64,000 nt of DNA from Octopus vulgaris (GCA_951406725.2 OX597828.1:67208001-67272000), one strand, 5' to 3'. Counted from the first letter of the stretch, positions 39,887 through 54,934 are shown. Notes: generated by a model from the sequence alone, not told the origin. Numbers and translations are program-made.

Positions 39887-42800
39887 TCACACGGTTCCTT
39901 GCACGCACAACACTCGTGCAACATACTTCCATCTCTTTTGGAACGTACACTCTGACAGACACCTCTTCTCCAGCCACAGTTTCCTTTTCAAATGAAAAGA
40001 AAAAAAGGATCGTAAATTGTCACCAGAGATAAAGTTGCCTGTCTTAATTCCTTTTATCTTAGTCTTCCATACAGCCTCTTTTGCTATTGCTACAACCGTG
40101 AGAAAACAATTCTTACTTTCGTTCGTTAGAACTCCCGGTGGGTCAATTTTTATAATTGACTCAGTCGACAGCCGTACTCTTCCTTCGCCGGACAACAGAT
40201 GTTCAGCATAAGCCCACATTTCAGTTATCTCCGGACACTGAACAATAGCGTGAGGGACGGTTTCCCTGTCCCCACCGCATCTTGGACAGGTCGGCGACTG
40301 ACGTTTACCATGTCTTGCGAGCTTATCCCAAACGGGCAAGGCACCTCTGTAGCATTGCCAGGTTAAGGACTTTTGGAAGTTGTCCAACGTTCTCAACCCG
40401 AATGTACGATGAAACAAGCTGTCCAGTTAAATAAATCCGAGACCTAGAGTCGACCCCAGGCCATCGTCGCATTCAGACTCTACCAACCCACTATATAAAA
40501 TCCGTGTGGAACCTCCACCGCTGGCGTTGTCCGAGCGCCGGAACAGCAAGAGGGCCTTACGGCACTCTTTATGCTACTCACTCGACCTCGGTCTACGAGA
40601 ACACCAGGCTTCCTGTTCGCAAAAACTCTTGAACTCAGGGAACATTTGTCTGGCCAGCGGAGACCACACCCGTTCACTATCCAGGAGAATCCAGAGGTGC
40701 CTCAACCTCAACGCATGTCTGCGCATCATTAACCAAGGCATCCCTAAACCTCCATTTAAAGGCTTTTGACAGCAGACAGAGCGTTTCACAAGTGGCGACC
40801 TGCCCTTCCACAAAAAGCGAAAGAGCTGTCTCTCCAACCTGATCAACCACGAATCCGGACAGGGCACGACGGTCAGGCGGTAGGTAATGACCGATGCGAT
40901 AAACACATTGGCTACTTCCGCCCTCCCTTTCAGGGATAGCCACCGCCAAGACCAGGTCTTGACTACTGCAGCCACCCTGCTCAATACCTCCATCCAGTTC
41001 TTCTCTATCTGGAGGCCTGGTCCAAACCAGACTCCCAGCAACTTAACCGGTCCCTCCGTCCAGCGCCTAACAACACTGTCTGAAGGCATCGACTTGCCAA
41101 CCCAGGTGCCGAGCTGCAAGCCGACCGACTTTTCCCGGTTAATCTTTGCTCCTGCTACCTCCTCGTAAGCCTCAATAGTCTTACCTACTTCACGTAGGCG
41201 TGCCACTGTGGTTACACTGATAGTGATATCATCCGCGAAAGCCGTAACAAACTCCTCTAGTCCTGGTTCTCTCGGGATGCCACTCAACCTTTGCAGTAAT
41301 GGCTCGAGAGCCATCACATACAAAAGTGGTGAAAGCGGACATCCTTGACGAACCGAGCGTCTGATGCAGAACGGCTTCGAAAGGAAACCGTTCACCCGAA
41401 CTATCGAGTCAATGTTGTGGTACAAAGCGATAAACCACCTGAGGAAGCCAAGGCCCAGGCCAAACCGCGCAAGTACAGTCGCTAGGTATCGATGGTCAAC
41501 TCTATCAAAAGCTTTAGACTGGTCCAAATGCACCAATGCCCCACCTTTGCCAGATTTATTACCAAACCTCTCTATGGTATAGCGAATAAGATGGAGGGTA
41601 TCCTGAATGGTTCTGCCTGGGATGGCACATGTCTATGCCTCCCCGACTATACCATTCGCGACACGCGCCAACCTTTTTGCTAGAACCTTGGCCAAAATCT
41701 TCACTTCTGCGTTTAACAGAGTGATGGGCCTGAAATTCTCTAGAACGTCCCCCTTGTCCGGGTCCTTTCTGACCAACGTCACTACTCCCCGGCGCACAGA
41801 TCTGGGGATAAACCCATTCTGTTTCCAGTTCGCGTACACGTCAGTCAGTAGTTGCCCGAACAAGTCTGGCATACATTTATACAGCTCGTACGGAAGACCA
41901 TCAAGTCCCGGTGACTTACCCGCTTTACAATCGGCCAAAGCCTCCATCACCTCCTCAGGTGTGATTGGCCCTTCGCAAGACTCCGCATCCGACCCCGAGA
42001 GGCACGACAGCCCGGTAAGAAAGTCCTCGAGGGCTCTCCCACCACCAGGACCGCCGTCACCCCCGAACAGCTGGGCGAAGTACGCCCGAAAGACCTCACA
42101 CATTTTCTCGGGTTCGTTTATCAAGACACCATTTTGATTCGTCAAAGACCGAATAGAGGAACTATTTCCTTGCCGAGCTTCCACCACTCGGGCCCATCCA
42201 GCGGCTTTGATTCCTTCACTTCCCATTGCACGTAACTTAGCTCAGGTAATACTTCCCATGTGGTGGGCTTCAAGATGCTGGTTTAACTCCAGTCTTTTCA
42301 CCCTCGCTTGGTCTGTATTAGCAGTCCTCCAGGCTTCTTCTAGTTCCTTAACTAGACCATCTCCTATTTTACGTCCCTTCTTAGCTAAACTTATGCTAAA
42401 CCTAATAGACTCATATTTGATGGCTCTTTTTAGGGCGTACCACCATTTGTTATTAATGATGGTACCTGTTAATGCCCTCTGTATTAACATCTTGATCCGC
42501 TTTCTGTACTTCTCAATCGCCAAAAGGGACGTATTGAGTTTCTAGTAGCCAGATCCCTGTCTATGCAACTTATCTACCGTCAGTTTACAGGTAACCATCT
42601 TGTGGTCACTGTAGCTGACTAGAAAAAACTGTGGACACTCAACTATGGACTTATCTTTTTCTCTAATTAAAATCCTATCTAGATATGTTCTGGTAGACCC
42701 GTCACTATTTGACCACGTCCACTGTGGAGTGTTCGGGTGCTCCAACCTATATGGATCTGCTAGCTGAAATTGACTTAGCAGATCCCGAAAGCCTGGGTTA

Positions 42801-43560
42801 CATTTTCTGTTCATGTTCGAGTTTGAGCCAACACAATCTGTGTGTGCTGCACATATTGTATTAGAGTCTCCTAACACTACTAGTGAATGCGACGTGGCTA
42901 GGAACTTTCCTAGGCCACGAAAATATTCAGTTTGCGGGCCAATAATGTTTGGTGCATAAATAGCGACCAGCCTGATTGTCTTGCCACAACTGAATGTCAA
43001 GTCGAGAACGACCAGCGTGCCTTCTGGGTCAGAAAAAACCAACTTTTTCTCGGCTACCCGGTTTCTTTTTAGTAGGACCAACACCCCACCCCCACCTCAC
43101 GACAATCTGTGTGTGCTGCACATATTGTATTAGAGTCTCCTAACACTACTAGTGAATGCGACGTGGCTAGGAACTTTCCTAGGCCACGAAAATATTCAGT
43201 TTGCGGGCCAATAATGTTTGGTGCGTAAATAGCGACCAGCCTGATTGTCTTGCCACAACTGAATGTCAAGTCGAGAACGACCAGCCTGCCTTCTGGGTCA
43301 GAAAAAACCAACTTTTTCTCGGCTACCCGGTTTCTTTTTAGTAGGACCAACACCCCACCCCCACCTCCCGCACGACTCGGAGAAACGTATTTCTCGTAGC
43401 CGTTCAGGAGGGGGAGAAGATCTCTTGGCCCCTTCACCCGGGTTTCCGTTGCAACAATTACATCCAAATTTCTCGAGCTGATGTCATTCAGAAAGCGTCC
43501 TTGCTTCCAGCTTGACAACAGGCCATGAACATTTAAACAACCAATGTGAATAGCCATCAC
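39887..43560 (-). pseudogene. Tx1-like ORF2 (APE endonuclease + reverse transcriptase + CCHC), broken by stops, frameshifts and a duplication
   Basis: APE motifs LNVHGL, ETR, YAPN, GDSN, YLDRI, SDH; RT motifs PGLDGLP, NFRPITLLN, LDQSKAFDRVDH, VRQGCPLSP, FADD; CPRC..ETVPHAIVQC; split over six ORF pieces. Confidence 0.93.
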
Positions 43561-43572
43561 TTACCTGTTTAA

Positions 43573-45126
43573 TTAGGATTGTCCGGTGGAGGGGGACCCC
43601 TCCACCTTTTTTTGATCCAGGGTCGGAGGTGGACGGTCTTGGGAAATAGATTTGTCAAAATCCCGTCTCACCACCGACACAGAATTATCAGGTGGAGGGG
43701 GAATCTCCACCTTTTCCTTTTCTCGTGGGATCGGAGCTGGTAATCCCTGAAATATCGACTTGTTAAAATCTAATCTCAATGAAGATACAGTCTTTCTGTA
43801 CTTATTTTGTAGAATTCTATAAGTCTTATTTGAGACTTCATATATGTCGTAATTGATAAATTCCTCTGAAAGGTTATCAATTTTTTTTACAGTCTTTATG
43901 AGTTGAATGTCTCTCATGAGCTCAGTATCTTTAGTGTATACGGCTATTATGCCTTTTTCTACTTTTTCTCTTCTGGCAGTCTTTTTTGGTCGTTGTTCTG
44001 TAGTAGTCGCCGCTCTCGGCTGGGTTGCTGGTTGTATTTTTCTTTTGTTTGTTGTTTTTTTCTCACCTGTTTCTTCTTTATCTTCTTCCTCTTTGTCTTT
44101 TTTCTCCTCTTCCTCCTCTTCTTCATTTTCCTTGCAGTTCCTTCGAATGTGGCCTAATTGACCACATAAAAAACATCGAGGTTCTCGGCCCTCAACAAAC
44201 ACCACGAGGTTCTCCTCCCCTACCTCAATTGTCTCAGGAATTGTTTGAATTATTTTAGGGTCCGCTTGAATGAGAAGATTAATTGTTTGACCATCCCAGC
44301 GTGGGTTTTCCGTAGCGGTAGCCTGGAGGAGAGTAATTTTTTCTACCTCTTTGATTAGGACTGCTGCCAACAACCACATAGGTTCGACCTCTGGCGGGAC
44401 CCTTGTGATTTTTATTCGCGACGTCCTCATCCCAATATAATAGGGGATTAACTCCACGTCGTTCGTTTTCAACGTTTCAACTGAGTTCTTGTGTGCTATT
44501 TCTTTATTGGTGAACCTTACTTCCACCGTTCCGAATTTTTTTCCTCTTCTCAGAAATACTACGTCGCCCAATATTGGCTTTAAGCACTTTTCTATTTTCT
44601 CTTCTGACATTCTTTCAATTTTTCTTTTTTGTAGACAATATGTTTTGAAAATTATTGTTTTTTGCTTTTCTTCCTGTAATAACTTTTGCGGAGGTTCAAT
44701 TTTCACACCGTTGTCAGTTATTTCCATCATTTTGCTGTATTTCATAATTTCGCTTTTATTCGTCGACAGTATCTGGGTTCCACCCCCAGCAGCCAACGCA
44801 AAACTTTTTTTTCCATTTTTTGGTTCTATCTGGATGCTAGGCACATCAATTATTCTCTTCGACACAATGCCTTTGTTCTCTGGCAAAGTCGGAAACTCTT
44901 CTGGTGAAAGTTCTGACGAGCTCTCAGACACATCTCCAAAAATATCAAATATATTATCCTCTCTGCTATTCCTTCTTGTAGCGGGGGAAACCCCTATTTC
45001 TTTGTCTGTATTTGGCTCCTCGCCGGACATGTATTTCCTCCTCTCAACAGGAGAAACAAGTATTTCTGCTCCAACGGTAGGCTCCATGCTAGACGACATT
45101 CTTCCCCCCAAAGGGGGAATGAACAA
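43573..45126 (-). CDS. Tx1-like LINE ORF1 nucleic-acid-binding protein (517 aa; ATG start probably at MSSSMEP)
   Basis: Uninterrupted ORF with CFLCGQLGHIRRNC zinc knuckle followed by charged low-complexity region; lies directly upstream of ORF2. Confidence 0.85.
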   Translation of the reverse strand: MFIPPLGGRMSSSMEPTVGAEILVSPVERRKYMSGEEPNTDKEIGVSPATRRNSREDNIFDIFGDVSESSSELSPEEFPTLPENKGIVSKRIIDVPSIQIEPKNGKKSFALAAGGGTQILSTNKSEIMKYSKMMEITDNGVKIEPPQKLLQEEKQKTIIFKTYCLQKRKIERMSEEKIEKCLKPILGDVVFLRRGKKFGTVEVRFTNKEIAHKNSVETLKTNDVELIPYYIGMRTSRIKITRVPPEVEPMWLLAAVLIKEVEKITLLQATATENPRWDGQTINLLIQADPKIIQTIPETIEVGEENLVVFVEGREPRCFLCGQLGHIRRNCKENEEEEEEEKKDKEEEDKEETGEKKTTNKRKIQPATQPRAATTTEQRPKKTARREKVEKGIIAVYTKDTELMRDIQLIKTVKKIDNLSEEFINYDIYEVSNKTYRILQNKYRKTVSSLRLDFNKSIFQGLPAPIPREKEKVEIPPPPDNSVSVVRRDFDKSISQDRPPPTLDQKKVEGSPSTGQS

Positions 45127-45263
45127 CGCGTGCTACCACAAGCACTAAGTGTTTTCAATTGAAAACTCCAACAGTTAAGTTATTCAACAGTTTAACAAGA
45201 AACAACAGTTGTTAACAATATTAACACCACGAAACAGCAATTCTTACTTCACGAACACATGTG

Positions 45264-45329
45264 CGGCAGACGAAATACGGCTACGCATTTCGCCCGGCGT
45301 GCTAACGTTTCTGCCTGCTCGCCGCCCTC
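45264..45329 (-). mobile_element. SINE-B, 5' tRNA-like head (interrupted by the Tx1 LINE)
   Basis: Reverse complement of ggcggcgag..gcagaaacgttagcacgccgggcgaaatgcgtagccgtatttcgtctgccg; TSD atttcatgcttatat at 45330-45344. Confidence 0.92.
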
Positions 45330-45344
45330 ATTTCATGCTTATAT

Positions 45345-46245
45345 CAAGCGCTGTCACTAGTAGTTCGTGAATAACGTTACCCATAACGCAGTTCCGATAA
45401 CGGTCAGAGTCAACGATTATTGAAAAGTTGCAAGATGCAACGAAAACTTTTCGTAAAAATAATAAGTAAATGAGTGGAAATCAGACCAGTGCGTGTGTTA
45501 AATTAATAAGGCACTATAAAGAGAATGGCTCTTCCCAGACAATAAAAAAAAAGTTACACATAACGTTTTTAATTAATTTTTTCTTCAATTCAGCCGTTGA
45601 GTTCTTTTCACTGGTGGGGCAATCATTTAATTTTTTTTTCTTTTTTGCAGCACCGGCTTATTGGGAGATCCCAAAAGTCAAGGTTCTCCAACCAGTCGGT
45701 ACCAAACAGATTGATTGCATTCTTTAAGACGAAAACTTTCGCCTTGCAAGTTCTTCCTTGAGATGTGACATCATTCCACATTTCACCTACAAAGTGTTGT
45801 TTGTCACCTGTCACGCCACGTGCAGTTTTCGCTGTTTTTCTTAACATAGGTTTCCCTATTTTCTTCCACGTTAACTGTTCACGTGTCGCTGTTAATGATT
45901 GAAATGTCACTATTAGTGTCCAGTTGTAATTTAGTATTTACGCCGTTTACTTTTATGTGTACAAATTTCCTTATTTGGGAATCGATTATACTTTCTGCTG
46001 AGAGCACTTTAGAATTTTTTACATTTGGCCAACGTCATTTTGTTCTGCAGTGTGACAACTGTAACATTTTTGGTTCTTAAAAGGACAATCTTTTCTGAAA
46101 TGTAGGCCTCCACATACGTAACATGGTTTAGGACCGAGCACTTTCCTTTTGTTATACTTTCTCGTTCGACATACCAATTTTTACGAAATCCTTTTCTTCA
46201 AATTTTTCTTACGTCGTGTTTCAGGTTCACCACCCTTTGACACTC
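45345..46245 (-). mobile_element. Gypsy LTR retrotransposon remnant, gag-protease part
   Basis: Manual translation gives CYVCGGLHFRKDC knuckle (~46080-46130), LQLDTNSDISII protease-like motif (~45900-45935) and NLFGTDWL. Confidence 0.8.
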
Positions 46246-46261
46246 TTCTATTATTATTATT

Positions 46262-46406
46262 CAATAGTTTTATTTTTATAGCGTGCTTTCACTTCATTAC
46301 CGAGCTCAGCTCTGTGTGCCTTGGGTATGTGCTGTGGTTTGTTGTGATGCTCTGATGGTTATTGTATGGAAAGTGTTTTGCGTAGTTTGTGGGCAGTGCC
46401 TATATT
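46262..46406 (-). mobile_element. R4/Dong-like 3' end
   Basis: IGTAHKLRKTLSIQ* plus 3'UTR ending in (TAA)n. Confidence 0.8.
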
Positions 46407-46410
46407 ATGA

Positions 46411-46503
<93 letters not shown>

Positions 46504-46538
46504 CATTATCATTAATATTATTATTATTATTGTTGTTG

Positions 46539-46588
<50 letters not shown>

Positions 46589-46641
46589 GTTGTTGTTGTT
46601 GTTGTTGTTGTTAATATTATTGTTGTTGTTGTTGTTGTTAA

Positions 46642-47610
<969 letters not shown>

Positions 47611-47611
47611 G

Positions 47612-47698
<87 letters not shown>

Positions 47699-48381
47699 GT
47701 GGTTGTTGTTGTTATGATCACTATTAAAGTACCAGCCAAGCACTGGGATCGATGTACTCACGTTGTCCCTCTCCTCAAAATTATCTCAAAATTAGAAAAA
47801 AATTGTTATTATTATTGTTGTTGATTGTCATCAAAGCTGGACGTTTTTCGGAAGGTCCTTGAGTTTGTACTCTGTTTTCCTTATTAGAAGTCTGTTTTTT
47901 TTTACTTATTCTATTGTTCTTCCCAAGTTCGTCTATTGTTCTTTATTCGACCAGAACCCTAAGAGACTGATAAAATGATTTTATTACTCGCCCTATGGGA
48001 AGAGATTTTTTGAAAGAAAGATCTTTCGAAACAAAATAAATAAATAAATAAATAAATAATCAATCTTGCAATTTTTATTCTCTATCACAGCCTCTGGTTC
48101 GTGTTTATACCATTTTCCTGTGTTACTTCTAAGTCACGCATTCGGCTAACATTCTAATGCACTCTTTTGCTTACACAGTCATGTGAGTGCTTTTAATCTT
48201 TTTGTACTGGTTTACTGCACTCACTCAAGAGAAGATTGATATTTTCGTCTTTCTTTCCTGCAGATTCTACATTTGCTCTCTAACTAGGTTTCTGGGTTTT
48301 GTTGATCTTTTGCTTTCTATCAGATTAGTTCTATTGAATAGTTTTCGGGGCTATTATTGTTGTTATTTTGTATAAGCACAA

Positions 48382-48594
48382 GGTGGCGAACTGGCAGAAA
48401 CGTTAGCACGCCGGGCGAAATGCTTAGCAGTATTCCCTCTGCCGTTACGTTCTGAGTTCAAATTCCGCCGAGATCGACTTTGCCTTTCATCCTTACTGGG
48501 TCGATAAATTAAGTACCAGTTACGCACTGGGTTCAATCTAATCGACTGGAATCCTCCTCTAAAATTTCGGGCCTTGTGCCTAGAGTAGAAAATA
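48382..48594 (+). mobile_element. SINE-B (alternative tail), inserted in the 3' end of an R4/Dong-like element
   Basis: 17-bp TSD atttt(g/a)tataagcacaa at 48365-48381 and 48595-48611. Confidence 0.9.
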
Positions 48595-48611
48595 ATTTTA
48601 TATAAGCACAA

Positions 48612-48941
48612 CGCATTAGGCTAGTGGGGGACAAATCCCTAACATCGAGATACAACAAGTGATATTAGATGCCAAGAACCTTCCTAAATATCCTAGTTGT
48701 CCCTAATAATACTGTTTTCTGAAGTTGATGCTTATTTCCTCTATCCATCTGTTCAAATCTTTAAGAATAGTTCCAAATGCACTTATAGCTACAGGGATAC
48801 ATTTCACTCGCACATTCCATAACCTCTGTAACTCAATGGCTAGGTCCTGGTACTTTGTTATTTTCTCGACGCCGCACATATACACTTTCTCATCATTTGG
48901 AACAGTGAGATCTACTACCTGGTACTTTCTATTCTCTTTCT

Positions 48942-49016
<75 letters not shown>

Positions 49017-49490
49017 AATCAGGCCTTCTAGCTTCTAATACACTGTCAGCCTGAATATTAAAATCTCACATCTTATATCCTTACTTTCTAGCACTTTACT
49101 AGGTGCATGATCATACGACTTATCTGTATGGTCAAATCCTAGCGTTTTACATAACTCCCAGTGGATTATTCTCCCTAGGTTATCACGTCTTTTCTTGTAT
49201 TCTTTCTGTGTCAAGAAACTACACTCACTAACTATATGAGTAACACTTTTCTTTTTTGATTTATATAACCTACATTGGGAATCTTTATCTATCTTCGCTT
49301 TTATCCGATTAGTCCTCAATGCTTGATCTTGTGCTGCCACTAACAAATTTTCTTCTCTCTTTTCGGCCTTCCTTACTGCAACCATAACCATGTTTCACTA
49401 TTACTATTTCCTGCCACTGCCTTTGGGAATCTACCATGCAAAGTCATTCCTTGGCAGTCAGATAATCTTTCTTATTTTTTCTGGTTTTTA
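48612..49490 (-). mobile_element. Second R4/Dong-like subfamily, 5'-truncated
   Basis: AAQDQALRTN..CRL..VTHIVSEC..IIHWELC..RPDL..VDLTVP..KYQDLAIELQRLW..IPVAISAFG. Confidence 0.88.
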
Positions 49491-49493
49491 ACC

Positions 49494-49554
<61 letters not shown>

Positions 49555-49588
49555 GTTATTATTATTATTATTATCATAATCATTATTA

Positions 49589-49665
<77 letters not shown>

Positions 49666-49666
49666 G

Positions 49667-49872
49667 AAAGCAGTGAGCTGGCATAATCGTCAGCATACCG
49701 GATAAAATGCTTAGCCGCATTTTCTTCCGGGTTCAAATTCCACTAAGGTCGACTATGTCTTTCATCCTTTCGATAAAATACACTACCAGTCAAGCACTGA
49801 CTGTGGTCAATGTAATCAACTAAAATTTCAGGTCGTTCAAAAATTGCTGTTCTCGAGCCTAAATCAGAAATT
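49667..49872 (+). mobile_element. Diverged SINE-B
   Basis: gagctggcataatcg..gggttcaaattcc..gtcgactatgtctttcatcctttc. Confidence 0.75.
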
Positions 49873-50869
49873 ATTATTGGTGGTGGTGTCGTTGTTCATA
49901 CTATTTGCAGTGGATGAGATTTGGCCGCTTTTTCTAGCAGCCAAATCTCATTGATCGCCTCCATAAAGCTTTTTCGTTATCTAGTAATACTAGTAGTAGT
50001 AATAGTAGCAGCATTGCTGTAGTTATGTCGTTATTACTGTTATTGTTTTTGAAACACCAGGTCAGTTCAAATTTAGCAGATATAGGATCAAAATGTTTTA
50101 TCCATAACCATTTCTTCTTTCATTGTTGTTCTTCAGATATACGAGTATATATAACTGCATTATTACCTAGTGTCTATAACTGGTCTTTTAAACGGTATTT
50201 GCTGCCGGTTCCAACGACCACAACGATGCCCTTTCCGTTAGAGTGGTCTCAGCCTTCCCGAGATTAATATCTGAAGAATCAGGCAACTTTCTGAAATTAG
50301 GATCCAAAACTGCCTTCATTTCCCACCGCCCATCTCTCTTCTTCACATTCTTGCTGTTCCCCTATACATGTAGTTAAAGGAAGAAATCATTCCACCACCC
50401 CCACTTTGCCCTTTCCCCACCATCCCCCCAGTGTATTAGTTAATGTCATTTAGGTTGTGTGTTGTGAATCTAACGCTAGCTGCTGGCTGCCTCAATGGCT
50501 GCTGGCCTCGTTGTCGCTATTCCGTTTTTCTTCTTTTTTTTTTGCTGTCTCTATTTGTAATTCTCATTGCTTTGTTACGTAAGCCTTAGTGTCTCCCTAG
50601 ATAACATTGGAAGCAGAACAGCAGACGACAGAAAGATAGGGTAGGTGTAGGATCATAGATACGGGGCTGGGGAGAGAAAAAGAGAGAGGGAGAGAGAGAG
50701 AGACGAAAGGGTGGGAAGAAGTTTTTGAAGAAAAGCAGAGATGGCGGTGAGGGATGGTTACATGGAGACAGAGGGACATAAAGACAAGGAGACAAAGAAG
50801 GACAGACTACAAGAGACAGAAAGAAAAAGAAAAGGGAAGAGAAGAACGCAGACAGTAAAATATCTATAT

Positions 50870-51490
<621 letters not shown>

Positions 51491-51733
51491 GCAAGCAGAC
51501 AGACATCGGAGAGATAAATAGAGTGAAAAAAGGACGGAGGGAAATGTAGAGAGAGTAGAAGAGGAAGGGAAGAAGAAAGCTAACCACAACTACAACAACA
51601 ATAAATCCCTAATTACCTTCACCAGCCCTCCTCCCACCCAGCCCCTTTTTTTTTTGTTCTGTGTAGAAATTTCAGTCTCGACGGATGGAGGGAATTTACA
51701 GGAGACAAATTCTTTTCCATTTACAATGTATAG

Positions 51734-52590
<857 letters not shown>

Positions 52591-52905
52591 GTCATCATCC
52601 TTATAATGATCGACGTGGTGGTCGTCATCATCGTTGATGTTGTTGGTTTGTCTGTTTGCGTGTGTTTTTTTTTGTTTCTGCTTAGTTTCATTCCCCCCCT
52701 TTTCCCCATGTTACTTAATCTCCATCCACCCTTTTTTTCCCTAGCAAAAGGGTAGATGTAGGGGTGGGTCGTATTAAAGTAAGCAAAGAAGATAACAACG
52801 AAGTTTGTTGCAATCTCCGTCGATGTGCAAGATTATACTCTCGTGAGTGTGTGTGTATATGTACACGTGTATACATGTGAGTGTGTGCATGTATGCTGTG
52901 TGTGT

Positions 52906-52952
<47 letters not shown>

Positions 52953-53524
52953 TGAGTGTGTGTGTGTGTGTATGTGTGTGAGTGTGTGTGTGTGTGCATG
53001 TATACTGAGTATGTGTGTGAATGTATGATAAGTGTGTGCGTCAGTCTGCGTGTGTTCATGTGTGTATGTTCGTATGTTTGATGAGCATGTGTATGTGAGC
53101 GCCTTTACAACGTGTGTGTATATGTGTGCATGTCTGTACCTGTGTGTGTGTGTGTGTAAGTGTGTCTATGTGAGTGCATGTATGTGAAATCCTGCGTGTA
53201 CATATGTGTGTGTTCGTGTGTATTTAGATGGATTACAGGAATTAATGAATAAGTTCTTATCCACTGATGGCTCTTCTTCTTTTGCTACCACCTCCTCCTC
53301 ATCTTCCATCATCATCACCCTAATCGTCATCGTCATCATCATCATCACCCTCCTCCTCCTCTTCAGCATCATCATTATCATTCTTATGAAGCCAGTCGTT
53401 TGCTATAGTTTTCTATAAGTGTATAAAATCTTAATTAATTTACACCTGCAGAGCCGGTTCAATATACATGCATATATATATATATATATATGAACATACA
53501 TACATACACAAATGCATATATAGC

Positions 53525-53821
53525 TATGTATGCATGTATGTATGCATGTATGCGTGTATGTATGCATGCATGTATGTATGTATGCATGCATGCATGTATC
53601 TATGTATGTATGTATGTATGTATGTATGTATGTATGTATGTATGTTTGTATGTATGCATGCATGTATGTATGTATGTATGTATGTTTGTATGTATGTATG
53701 CATGTATGTTTGTATGTATGCATGCATGTATGTATGTATGGAAGTATGTATGTATGTATGCATGTATGTATGTATGTATGTATGTATGTATGTATGTATG
53801 TATGCATGTATGTATGTATGC

Positions 53822-53852
<31 letters not shown>

Positions 53853-54256
53853 TATATGTATGTATGTATGTATGTATATATGCATGTATCTATGTATGTA
53901 TGTATGTATGTATGTATGTATGCATGCATGTATGTATGTATGTATGTATGTATGTATGTATGTATGTATGTATGTATGTTTGTATGTATGTATGTATGTA
54001 TGTATGTATGTATGTATGTATGTATGTATGTATGTATGTATGTATGTATGTTTGTATGTATGTATGTATGTATGTATGTATGTATGTATGTATGTATGTA
54101 TGTATGTATGTATGCATGTATGTATGTATGTATGTATGTATGTATGTATGTATGTATGTATGCATGTATGTATGTATGTATGTTTGTATGTTTGTATGTA
54201 TGTATGTATGTATGTTTGTATGTATGCATGTATGTATGTATGTATGTATGTATGTA
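53525..54256. repeat. (ATGT)n microsatellite
   Basis: Direct inspection. Confidence 0.97.
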
Positions 54257-54329
54257 CAAGTATTGCGAGGTAGTTTGATGACATAGGGTGACATGTCCAA
54301 AGGTAACGAGCAAAGTATTTAAAATTGGG

Positions 54330-54523
54330 TTCAAATTTTGGCACAGGCCCAGCGAGTTCCTGGGTAGAGGATCAGTCGAACTACATCGAGCTCAGAGTTC
54401 CAACCCAGAAAGGATGAAAGGCAAAGTCGACCTCGGCGGAATTTCAACTCAGAACCTAAGCATGAACGAAATGCCACTCAACATTTTGCACGGTGGCCAT
54501 AATGATTCTGCCAGATGGCCGCC
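54330..54523 (-). mobile_element. Diverged SINE-B (alternative tail)
   Basis: aaaggatgaaaggcaaagtcgacctcggcggaattt core. Confidence 0.8.
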
Positions 54524-54641
54524 TTCAAGAAGGTTTTAATATCGCTAGGCAATGTGGAATCACCTTATATTTATTCAAGACTGAGCCTCACTTGAGTTGC
54601 TGATCAACTCGGATTCCCGTCTTCAACAGACAGAAGTTATT

Positions 54642-54725
<84 letters not shown>

Positions 54726-54726
54726 C

Positions 54727-54765
<39 letters not shown>

Positions 54766-54844
54766 AGTTTGTCAGTGAGTCTGCCTGCAAAATATAATAT
54801 GCTATAGTACGATGTAACATAATATAATATTATATATATATTAT

Positions 54845-54934
<90 letters not shown>

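Larger units (their letters stand above)
39636..45263 (-). mobile_element. Full-length L1/Tx1-clade non-LTR retrotransposon (ORF1 intact, ORF2 disrupted)
   Basis: ORF1 with CCHC knuckle; ORF2 with APE, RT and C-terminal CCHC; 3' end AATAAAGAAATT; flanked by 16-bp TSD cggcagacgaaatacg at 39620-39635 and 45264-45279. Confidence 0.95.

Noticed and set aside
44489-45148. 219-aa plus-strand ORF
   Set aside because: Antisense shadow of LINE ORF1 with no independent evidence
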